Assembly (NCBI GenBank): GCA_030295235.1
Contig: AP026141.1
Span: 1-64,000, forward strand
Direction: 5' to 3'
DNA length: 64,000 nt
From: Fistulifera solaris
Taxonomy: Eukaryota
The number at the start of each line of letters is the position of its first letter. Within the stretch, counting starts at the first letter, position 1. Below are positions 24,717 to 35,086 of this stretch, piece by piece. Under the pieces are notes generated by a model that was not told the DNA's origin, made no database searches, and saw only the letters and a program-made list of their open reading frames with translations. A program made the position numbers and the translations under genes.

Positions 24717-25080
24717 CCATGCCCCATGCCCTTACCAGGTAACCTTAACGTTTCCGCCTCTCACGGGCTCACGGGCGCCTGCCACAATACTGTTATTGTC
24801 CGATAAAGAATCCGTTTACTATTTAATTTATAGCGAATTTCAAAAGGCGGCCTAACTCCTAACTCGCTAACCATACCTATAGCCCTAATGACTAATGACC
24901 AATGACCCCCGCGAAATAATGAAGCCGCCACAGGCCACAGCAATAGCCCCATTGTCTTCTTTGTTCTTCAAAACGCATTACAGTACGATAAAAAAAGAAA
25001 CAAGGAACCAAGGAACAAGCAAGACAAAGGCCATCGTGTCGAAAAACACTCATCGAACGTCAACGATCAACGATTATCGT
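24717..25080. repeat. Patchy mosaic of short 7-8-bp tandem repeats
   Basis: CCATGCC x2, TCACGGGC x2, CCTAACT x2, CTAATGA x2 plus CCAATGA, CAAGGAAC x2, TCAACGA x2. Confidence 0.75.
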
Positions 25081-25216
25081 CAGTTACCGTTCTCCGCAAT
25101 CTACGATGTTGTTGTTCTTCTGTTTTTCAGGTTTCAGCCCGATACGATTCCCATTACAATTTCAGCTTGCGTGAGCTTGCAACATTTGTTTTTCCTTCTT
25201 ACGCACGAAAAGAACC

Positions 25217-26005
25217 ATGACAATGCTACAAACGGACTTCATTCTCCTTGATAGCCATGAAAGAAGGCGAGATCCTATCTTGGTTGTCGATTGTAAAACT
25301 TCCAGTAGACGGAAAGCGCCCGAAAGGACTGATAGTAACCGATCGCAGAGCAGTCGTACCGCTCCTGCCGATAGGGCCAGATCTTGTCCGGCAAATCAAA
25401 CTGCAAAGTCGGATGCTAAACCAACACATGCTCCGAAACCGATACTTCAAACAAGAATTCCCAGAGCTTTCCAACAAGTGTATATTGCAGCAAATCGAGG
25501 AGAAGATATCAAAGACATTGATTTATGTACACCAATTCGGCAAGTTCCTCGCCGTACAAGAAGCTGCTTGTCTTCTTAGTTGTCGCGAACTTCTCACGAC
25601 AGGGATGCGACCCGTAAAACGACACGCTCGGTTTCATTTGGCGCTGTCAGAGGTGTCACGGTTGAAAATATTGCCGAAGATAATAAGAATGCACTGTGGT
25701 TTACAAAGGACGAATACAGTTCCATGAGACAAGAGGCTAAGGAGATCGCGTCCGCCGCTTATAAAAGAGGAGGTCCACTGAAAGAAACATCCAGGACTTG
25801 TTCACGAGGACTCGAGAAATACATTGTTCACGACTCATCCACAGTCCAGATCGCGAGACTTTCTGTGCTGGAACATCATGATTTGGCGATGTATGCTCTA
25901 GCTTCGAGTCGCGCCGTCAATGAAGCTCGACAGATGGCTGAGAAAGACGCACTTGAAGCATTTTCTATCCAGCAAGAGCGAACAAGTGCCCGAAGCGTGA
26001 ACTAG
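25217..26005 (+). CDS. SVSF/LWF/RGLE family paralog 3, interrupted by an in-frame TAG at 25577-25579
   Basis: ORFs 25217..25579 and 25580..26005 are in the same frame and collinear with paralog 4 (RIPRxFQQVYIAANRGE..RSVSFG..NKNALWF..RGLE). Confidence 0.8.
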
Positions 26006-26360
26006 TTGGAAATCAGTGCTACGATCCTCTCGCTCGCCGATGTGCTAGAGCTCGATATAAATTTGTGTCGACTATGATGCAAGCAACGCTAACAATATTG
26101 AATAAATGTCTTTCATACGTATTAAGTCAGCTTTACTCAATTTAAATCCTAGAAAACTTAGTAGGAGACTAATTGCAAGGATTGAGATCTAGCTCGTAAG
26201 AGTATGTAAGAGCTTACAATATATAGAGTCTCAATGATGATTCACTTTTACAAAATCCAAAATGTAGTTTTTTAACCGTCGGCTGTCAGCGTACAGTGTA
26301 CCGTAGATGAACACGGGGACCTGACCCTGTTTCTTTCAACCTTAGTTTTTGTTGAAGGCA

Positions 26361-26693
26361 TGTGGAACACGGAATGTGGACGTGGAAGCGACCGGAAAGT
26401 GTGACTAAACCAAGAACTGCGGACTGCGAACTGCGAACTGCGACGTTAAATAATGCACGGTGCTCGGTGCTCGGCGCTCGGTGCTCGATGCGCGCTCTCC
26501 CTCCTCCCTCTCTCTAGACTCTAAAGAATTAGAATCTCTAGCCTCTAGCTAGAAGCTAGAGAGGCTCTAGAGACTAGAGACTCTAGAGAGACTCTATTCG
26601 CCAAGTACTGTAATGCACTAGCAATTTAGGCCATTTTCTTTTCCCATATCCCCTATCCCCTATTCTCCGATCTTAGCCGTCGCCATTCGCCAT
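26361..26693. repeat. Mosaic of drifting heptamer tandem repeats
   Basis: TGTGGAA-type x4, RACTGCG x4, TGCTCGG-type x5, CTCCCTC x2, CTAGAGA x2, CCCCTAT-type x3, TCGCCAT x2. Confidence 0.85.
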
Positions 26694-26980
26694 ATCTTAG
26701 ATACAGTACAGAAAAACACGTAGTCGGAATCATAAACAAAGAACGTATTTTGATGCTTCATCAAGCGTCACAGTCAGGGTCATAAAGAACAAAAAGAATA
26801 AATTCAAAAAAGCTTTGTAGACTACTTGCAACGTGGCTCTACGCGGTTTTCTCTTTTCACTTCATCCATACGTAGTAACTTCATAAAAACAACTCACTCT
26901 TCACTCTCCAATCTTCCGATCTTCCGTGTAATAATCCTTCGCTCGGACCTTTACTCACTTTTGAGCTTGATGCAACAAAC

Positions 26981-27793
26981 ATGCTGCAAATGAACACAAA
27001 TACTTCTCTTGGTGAATCAGAAATAAGAATGATGAGTTCAAAGTCTCCTATTACTGACTTTATCCACAATGCGAAAGCCGCGAGGAAAAGCCACTCGTCA
27101 GAGAAAGAATGTCGCCCCGAGTTAGCCCCGCCACCTATCATTCAAAGTCGCATCCCCAGAAACTTTCAGCAGGTCTACATTGCTGCAAATCGAGGTGAGG
27201 AGGTCCTTGTACCACCGCCGGAGCCTGTACGACAGCTTACTCGTACACGAAGTTGCATGTCGGCAAGATCCTTGCGGGCTTCTTTACGAGAACCGACCGC
27301 GCGGAAAACAACACGTACTGTTTCCTTCGGCCGCGTTGAAGGAGTCACTGTAGAGAATATTGCCCAGGGGAACAAGAACGCTCTATGGTTCTCACGAGAT
27401 GAATACAGTTTGATGCGAAAAGAAGCCGCTCAAATAGCCAATGACACTCAAAAGAAAGGCGCTTTCAAAGAATCGTCTCGGATAAGCACAAGAGGACTCG
27501 AAAGATTCCTTGAAACAGATTCGCGACAAACACGTGATCCGAGAATCTCTGTCCTAGAGCACAATGATCTAGCAATGTATGCTCTGGCATCGAATCGTGC
27601 CGTCAATACAGCTCGGCAACTGGCAGAGAAAGATGCGTTGGAGGCGCATTCCATACAACAAGAAAGTTCATGGAGAAAGGTATCACGTACGAAATCCAAA
27701 GATAAACTTTTCAACCCCGATCGACAGCTTGCGCTAAAGGACGTGTTAGAGACCTATTCGATACACCAGGAATGTTCGCAAAGTACAAAGTAA
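26981..27793 (+). CDS. SVSF/LWF/RGLE family paralog 4 (intact)
   Basis: 270-aa intact ORF: RTVSFGRVEGV..NKNALWFSRDEY..TRGLE..RISVLEHNDLAMYALASNRAV..AEKDALEA. Confidence 0.85.
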   Translation: MLQMNTNTSLGESEIRMMSSKSPITDFIHNAKAARKSHSSEKECRPELAPPPIIQSRIPRNFQQVYIAANRGEEVLVPPPEPVRQLTRTRSCMSARSLRASLREPTARKTTRTVSFGRVEGVTVENIAQGNKNALWFSRDEYSLMRKEAAQIANDTQKKGAFKESSRISTRGLERFLETDSRQTRDPRISVLEHNDLAMYALASNRAVNTARQLAEKDALEAHSIQQESSWRKVSRTKSKDKLFNPDRQLALKDVLETYSIHQECSQSTK

Positions 27794-27911
27794 GATGCAA
27801 CGTCCACTCTCACAACGCTGAAGTGATAAAGAACGGTAATACGTACGAGACGTGTATAAACCATGTATAAACTCTATTATTGATATGGTAGCTCCTCGTT
27901 ATTCTTTCGTT

Positions 27912-29225
27912 TCATTGTCCCGGAGCTGCGGTCTGTGGCTGTTGCGATGCAAGTTCCGCTTCTAAGACACCAAGTACGTAAGGAAACTTTGGTCGTTGCA
28001 GCCGATCTCGGACCCAACATTGTTGCATTAGTTGCTGTAATGCGTCTGATAATACTGGCAACGCGCGAGGGCGTTTGTGTCGATACAGCATGTCATCCAC
28101 GGCCGTGCTACTGCACATTTGATTGTGATCAATTGGTTTCTGAAGCGAAAAAATGTACCACATCATCATGGCAAAGGAGAAGACATCGGCCGACAATCCA
28201 TAAGGTTGATGCAACATGACTTCAGGAGCCATGTACCCGACCGTCCCCGTCATGGGTGTAGCGCGATATCCATCCGGTTGTTCAATCAGATGTTTTACCT
28301 TGAGTTCCTTTGCACATCCAAAGTCAAAGAGTTGAAGATGCCCATAATCATTACTTTTGCTCCCATCCTTGTTGATTGCAAAACCAATGTTGGGCGGCTT
28401 CATATCCCGGTAGACAATCGAATACCGGTGCAAATGATTCAAAGCACTGGCCAGTTGTTTGACAGTCTCCACGCGTTGATAATAAAACGCCCGCGTACGT
28501 GCCGTATTATTCCACCATCGCAGTCGTCTCCCACCAATGCAGCTGGCGTATTCGGTTCGCCATTTGTCATCGACGAGTTCCGCGAGTGTCAGGGCCAGTT
28601 TGTCAAAGACTAATCCGTATTCAAAGGTGCCCGGGTTTCCGAGTATCGCTCTCAAGTGAATGATATGAGGATGCGGGGGCAAATGTTGTAGGAATTGTGC
28701 CTCACAAGCCAAATCAAAGAAACTAATGTTTTGTTTCTTTTGCTGTTTCTGCCGTTCTTCATCGTCAAGGTCGTCTACTTCTAGTTTCGCATTCGCTTGG
28801 GTCTGTAGGAAGCAACGAGCTCGCTTCACAACAAGCTGTTGAGCGTTAGCGTTCCAAACACCCCGAGTAAACGTTACAGCATAGACAGCCCCAAAGCATC
28901 CTTGCGCTAGCTGTTCACCCACTACAATATCATTTGTCTTCAAATGAGGAATAATCTGGTTCGTGCTTTCTGTATGTTGTTGTTTCACCAAAGACGATCC
29001 AGATTCCCATTGCAGTAGACGACGCATGGTCTTTTTGTGAATTGTGCTTTCGTTTGTTTCATCGTTTTGTGGGAGATTGTTTGTTTCAGTATTTAGGGGA
29101 TCCTCGCTTGCTTGTTGCTCATAAGGTTGCTGCTCCTTTGCTTGTTGTTTGCTTTCGCTACAGCTACTTCCATTCTGCACTGATTTAACGGAATTTGAGG
29201 AAGAAGACGTTTTTATTTCCGCCAT
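27912..29225 (-). CDS. TKL-like Ser/Thr protein kinase
   Basis: GEQLAQGCFGAVY, LVVK, YRDMKPPN, DFG, GTVGYMAPE, DVFSF, CW..RP. Confidence 0.92.
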   Translation of the reverse strand: MAEIKTSSSSNSVKSVQNGSSCSESKQQAKEQQPYEQQASEDPLNTETNNLPQNDETNESTIHKKTMRRLLQWESGSSLVKQQHTESTNQIIPHLKTNDIVVGEQLAQGCFGAVYAVTFTRGVWNANAQQLVVKRARCFLQTQANAKLEVDDLDDEERQKQQKKQNISFFDLACEAQFLQHLPPHPHIIHLRAILGNPGTFEYGLVFDKLALTLAELVDDKWRTEYASCIGGRRLRWWNNTARTRAFYYQRVETVKQLASALNHLHRYSIVYRDMKPPNIGFAINKDGSKSNDYGHLQLFDFGCAKELKVKHLIEQPDGYRATPMTGTVGYMAPEVMLHQPYGLSADVFSFAMMMWYIFSLQKPIDHNQMCSSTAVDDMLYRHKRPRALPVLSDALQQLMQQCWVRDRLQRPKFPYVLGVLEAELASQQPQTAAPGQ

Positions 29226-29913
29226 AGTGTTGCCTTGTTACTTGTTATAGCATTCTCATGGCATCCATCGAACTACTCCTCGCTCCTCGCACTCCTCGCT
29301 CACCTTTGATTGCGTGCTTTTGTGCAACTTCAAATTGGCGAGACGCGATGTTTCTTCGCGGAGAACATACTTGTACAAAGTAATAATTATTCATTCTCGC
29401 TTCCACGTGCGAGGGCGCGCAGCGCGCAGGCATCAAGGTTTGAGGTAACCTTAAATACGTAAGTGCTAAGTGCCGCTGCGGCGCGATGCACGTTTTAATT
29501 TTAGGATTTCCCAGGAATTCTTTCATCGCACACTTTATACTGTACTTGTTTCCACAGTACTAACTATAAGTAATACTGTCACACTCCGACAGAAACCACG
29601 ACTACATAATGGATTATTGCGGCAGCACATTTTATAGAACGAAAGTGTAGTGGACAGAGCAATTGACACTTGACACGATCTCCCGACGAAATTTTACAGT
29701 TTCACGAGTCACGAATGTACAATTCACCGATTACCACATTGTGTACAGTAAAAAGTAGAGTCCGGCTCGTCTCCCCGACCGCCAAATTTAACGCGAAAGT
29801 CCTCCTTTTCCATTATTTTTCAAGCAAAAAAATAATAAAGGAGACCTTGTGATTGCTTCCTTGAAAACAAATATTCGACAACAATCGCTGCACTGCTTAT
29901 TATTTAATTAAGA

Positions 29914-31879
29914 ATGAATATACCATCAAATAGAGGCTTAATAGCACGGCTCATTTCATTAGCGCTGCTTTGTCAGCAAGCCGCAAGTCAGGGATGTTTT
30001 GATTTCCGTTCCCTGTCATGTCTCACTCCGCAAGAGCAGGGAGATGATCTTATGGACGTACAAATAGCATGTTTAGCAATAGAGCAGGCTTTGAAACAAC
30101 AAGAGCTATCAATAAAGCTCTTACAATCACCTGAAGAAACGCAACAACACGAACGCGCGCTGCAACATCTCACCGTACATGATGATTTGTGTTATGGCTT
30201 GCATCAAGCGTATCACAAATGTTGGTGGTGTGCGCAAATTGTTTTACCAGAAGAAGTCGTACATCCAGATTTTTGCCAGTTCCGAACTTGCTCGCGACCC
30301 CCGGAAGCGGATGCATCGCTCACGACATTACGAGAAACGTGTCAAGAAATGCAAACCGTACAAGAGTATGGTGGATACCCAGCGACGATGGAATTTTGTC
30401 AGCGTGCGGAAGAAGCGTCGTTTCTCTGTCCTATATATTGCGAGACGTCGTATCTGGGCGCTGATACTTTAGCACAAAAGCGTGGCTTAGTGTGGATGGC
30501 TCGAACGACGGCCTTTTTCACATTGTTCGGGGCACTTCATATACTCTATGATATCGGAAAAGATGCCAAGAAACGACAGTCTGTGTATCATCAATTGTTG
30601 CTCGCCATGGCGGCGTTCGATGTTTCGACCGGAATTGCGTGGGGATTGTCAACATGGCCCATTCCGAGTGAATTCTTTTGGATTCATGGAGCCCAAGGAT
30701 CGACAGCTACTTGTACGGCGCAAGCGTTTTTTGTACAATGGGGTTTCACCTCCATGTTTTACAATGTCTCGCTCGCTCTTTACTATACCTTGGTGATTGT
30801 ATATACTTACAAAGAACACCAACTCATCAAATTGCGGCCTTATTTGCTGGGTGTTCCGCTGGTGATAGGAACCGGATTAGCGTTGGGAGCCATTCCTTTC
30901 TATGACTGGTTTGAATACGGTTGTCACTTTTTGGTACGTTACTATCCCTCTCTTTGATCTATAGACCCGTTGAACTTCTCAAACTTACCTTTTCTGCTTC
31001 CTGCGTCTTCTTTTACGATAGCCGCCACCCGATGGTCCGGCATGGCCCGTTTACATCTTCGCGGTGATTCCTCTGGCAATATCGATTTTGAGTATCATCA
31101 CGAGCATGGGATTCGTCTACTATCGCGTTCGTGCCCAAGCTCAAGCCTCTCAGAAATGGTCGATGCAAAGGGGTGCACCCAGCGGCTTGCAAACACGCGT
31201 CTTCTATCAGTGTTTGTGGTATGTTTTATCTTTTCTGATATCATGGCCCATTTTGTTTGCTGTCTATTTGGCCAGTATCGATGTTAACGGACCCTATGGT
31301 TTTACTCTCATCATCGCCATGTTGGCGCCACTGCAAGGATTCAACAACTTTTGTGTGTATTTACGACCCAAACTATTGCATTGGAAAACGGTCCGTGACA
31401 AACGACGCAAAAAGCAACAATCCTCTCAACAGAATGGCCTGGGCCACGGGTGCTACCCAACCGGCGGTACCACGCAAATGAACTCATCATATCAGAACAG
31501 TTCGGGCCTCGCGAATAGGAGACAAGTCGTTCCCAGTCGTAGCGTTACAGATTTCTCGGAAACGGAGCGCGTGGAGGATGCGATTTGTGTTTCGCAAAAC
31601 GATTACTCAGATAATGCCTATGCTTTGGAATTTTCCGAAACTGTTCATGATTCTGATCATGATTCTGATCAGCTGGTGGAGGCAGAGGTAGTTCATGCCG
31701 AACACGTCATTGAAAAGGATGTTGATGAGGATGAATACGTTGATCCTTCCGTCGAAATTGTTGAGATGAACGAGCATACCGACGTTGGCCACAACAATAA
31801 TGAGGAAATACTCGCAGACGAGAATGGTCTTTCGCATTTTCAACTAAGAAGAACGTCAAGGATTGCCGAAGAGGACTAG
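29914..31879 (+). CDS. GPCR-like 7TM protein (cAMP-receptor-like class) with Cys-rich ectodomain; intron 30934..31021
   Basis: Signal peptide, Cys-rich N-term, TM helices with CTAQAFFVQ, YNVSLALYY and QGFNNFCVYLRP. The GTACGT..TAG intron joins the two ORFs in frame. Confidence 0.82.
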
Positions 31880-31999
31880 CGCAATTGGGAATAGACTAGT
31901 TTGCTGAAAGGATACCGTGTACACTATTTAATCTTAGAACAACGTTAAACATTGATGATTCGTAACTTTGCTTACGCTCTTCTGTTGAACAGACCACTC

Positions 32000-33885
32000 T
32001 TACTCGGGTACTACATTTACCCAACTCGGCGGTAGCATATCATCAGGCAAAGCAATGGGATGACGAAATCCGCCAGGCAAATGCCAATCTTGTGAAAAGG
32101 CACGATCATACAAGAATATGCCGTCCTCTGGTACGTGACGGACTATCACTGGCTCGTCCTTATCCTTCAAATGGAGTTCCACTGTATATTCGAACGATTG
32201 TCCTTTATCATCGCCATCTCCTTCGTCGTGAGATATCGAATAGCGTTCCAAAACCGTACAGTACACACGATGAGGATCTTCGGGACGCAACATCGGTACC
32301 CACACGTAACCGTCTTCCGGATCCTCGTCATCTTCCACAATCACCGTACTGCTGTATGATTCGTAGCACATCGTCACAAGATTCTCGGTATAGGATTCTT
32401 CATCCTGGGTTCGATAGTGCGTTTCATTCCATTGTGCACGCGCCACATAGGGGTCGGTAATGGGTGTATATTGAGCGGCATAGTATTCCCAAGCTTGCTC
32501 CCAAGCGGATCCATAATCCATCAATATCTCTTCTCCGGGTTCAATATCGCGCAACGCCACATATTCGAAAGACAAACCAATTTTATCAACTGTATCGTGC
32601 AAGAATTCGGCCGTTTGTTGCAACCAATGTGGTTTGTGAGCAACAAATTCCCTTCGCAGCCACTGAACGCGAACATTGACACGCGACTTGTCAAAGGCAT
32701 GATTGATGTAGTTGACCATACCGCCGTAGGGCGTTAGCATGACGGTAGAGTTGGCGTGTTGAAAACTGTAGTTGATGACTAAATCGTATCGATCTCCCAA
32801 CCAAAAGATTTCTTGCCCCTGCGTTCCAATGTGAACCAGTGGACTGTATCCCACAATCGTACCTTGTGGAAGTGCCCGTGTGGCAAACGCACCCCGTCCT
32901 GCTTGAGGAATCGTCGAGGTTTTTGCTTCCATATGATCTTGACAATATCCGTTTTCTTGCAACCATTCGATGGAACGTTTCGTCGATTGTCTGATGAAGT
33001 GTCGTACAATGGTTTTGTCTTTGTCCCCTGCACCATCTTTGCTTTTGCTCTGTTGCTGTTGTAAATAATAGTCAATGACGTGTTTCCATTCCGTGCGAGG
33101 AAGATTACTCAAGGCTCGATTGTTGCGTTGATAGGGTAAACTCTTCATCAATTCCCAGAGTCCGTGCTGTAAGGAAGCCGACGGCTTGTATTTTGTAATC
33201 CAAGGTAAGTATCGTTGTTGCAAAAACAGTTCCGCTTGTTCCAATTCATAATCCAAAGTCACTTGTACATTCGGAATATCCGGAATCCAGAAATCTCCGT
33301 ACATGGCCATTAGTTCGGTTCCGGCTCAATATCCCGCACAGCCCGTGTTTGTGCGGAATGATAAGGTGTAAAGGCGGTCACCCCTGGATCTTTCGATCGA
33401 TGCAAGTCAACAGTATCATAAATGGAGCCGTGCGTCGACAAAATATTGTTCATATCGAGCAAACTATTCACCGTGCAACCGATGCCCGGCACAAAGACCG
33501 CTCTCGATTTTTCTCGATTCGTATCTTGATACGTTTCAATATTCATGATATCGCCTTCCCAAATGTATCGATCCCACAATACACCGTCTCTATATCCCGG
33601 TTTGTGATCTCCCCATTCACGAAATAAAAGAGGAATCGCCATTTCGTGCCATGTGAAATTGGTAGGAATATCCCGACCCGCGTACATGCCCAAATTTGCG
33701 TCTTCGCCTAATGTACTGGGAGCCATATATAAGCCACATTCCGGTTGTGGTGTTGCCGTGCAAGTGTTGGAGTTAGAAGAAGCAGAACATGTTTCTGAAG
33801 CAGCTTTTGCGAGTATTGTTGCATCGAAAAGAAGAAGCAAAGGGAAAAAGACAGAAAGGAGCGGCAAACTGGTCGCAAAAGTCAT
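32000..33885 (-). CDS. Signal-peptide-bearing SET-domain protein with two SET-like modules (frameshift ~33320)
   Basis: Signal peptide; CGLYMAPST..GMYAGRDI..RDIEPG(T)ELMAMYG; second module STIPQAGRGAFATR..NYINH..ALRDIEPGEEILMDYG. Confidence 0.82.
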
Positions 33886-34099
33886 TCTAAAGCTCCGCTC
33901 TGTCTACACCGTAGTGAGTTATGCGGATGAGAAGAAGCAACCAAAGTCACTTTCAGGAAAGTCAATAACAACCATGCTCTATACTTCCCTCTTGTCATCA
34001 TTGTCGATCGCGCGAGATTTTTTTCAACGGATAGTTTTGTGGATGGGTGGACAGACGCTCGTGACAATAATGCATGCAATTAGTCTATAGTAAGTACAG

Positions 34100-34745
34100 A
34101 AGATAGCGATGTTCAAGGCTTTTCGACGTAAGTAAACAAAGATGCATTTCAAGTGCTTGCTGATTTGATTGCGCTGTCCTAGCAACAAATTCATTTCACC
34201 AATTCTGTGAAATGAACATTAGGTGTGGTGGAAGTCTGGCTCGGAAAACCCAGAACTCGTGACTGCAATGCAGTTCTGGTATGCGTAAACCAACACTTTA
34301 CTCTATAGTAAATTGGCATATTTCGATGTTCAAGGCTTATCGATGTAAATAAAACAAGGATTCATTGCAAATGCTGGCTAATTTGATTGCGCTGTTCTAG
34401 CAACAAATTCATTTCACCAATTCTGCGAAAGGAATATAAGTTGTGGTGGAAGTCTGGCTCGGAAAACCCAGAACTCGTGACTGCAATGCAGTTCTGGTAT
34501 GCGTAAACCAACACTTCACTCTATAGTAAATTGGCAGATTTCGATGTTCAAGGCTTATCGATGTAAATAAAACAAGGATGCATTGCAAATGCTGGCTAAT
34601 TTGATTGCGCTGTCCTAGCAACAAATTCAGCTTGCCTAACATGTAGAACAAACGCTGGTTTGGTGGAAGTCTGCGGCTCGAAAAAATTGATACTCGTGAC
34701 AGCAATGCAGTCGTGGTCTGCATAAATCTACACATTGGACCATAG
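34100..34745. repeat. Tandem repeat of a ~218-bp unit, about 3 copies
   Basis: GATGTTCAAGGCTT at 34108, 34325 and 34543. Units 1 and 2 carry an intact inverted repeat CCAGAACT-N14-AGTTCTGG. Confidence 0.92.
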
Positions 34746-35086
34746 TAATAGGACTTTCTGTTCTAAAAGGGAAGAAGTCACTCTGCGACGGAGAAGAACA
34801 ATGACAGTGCTTTTTTGCGGGGTCGAACGATGAAACGCTAACGCAACAAAGAAAGGCGTTTGACTTTCATGACAACACTATCATTAGCTGTTTTATTATT
34901 CTCCACATAACTTACAGTTCGTGCATTCTCTTTTCGGTTAGCTTATTGTCAAATCAATTCGCATTTGCTTTATTTCCGCTTTCTCTCCCTTTATTCGTCT
35001 GTTATATGCAACAACAGATCCGTCGATTGTGGTTATTACTATTCTTTCTTTTGCCTTGTTTGATATCAACAATCAGTCTAATCAAC

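Noticed and set aside
24851..24890. Interstitial telomere-like sequence (CCTAACTCCTAACTCGCTAACC..CCCTAA)
   Set aside because: Too short and degenerate; better explained as part of the heptamer mosaic.
25577..25579. Alternative genetic code (TAG as sense)
   Set aside because: TAG terminates several clear genes here (6817, 10794, 31879, 37132), so this is a single-locus event.
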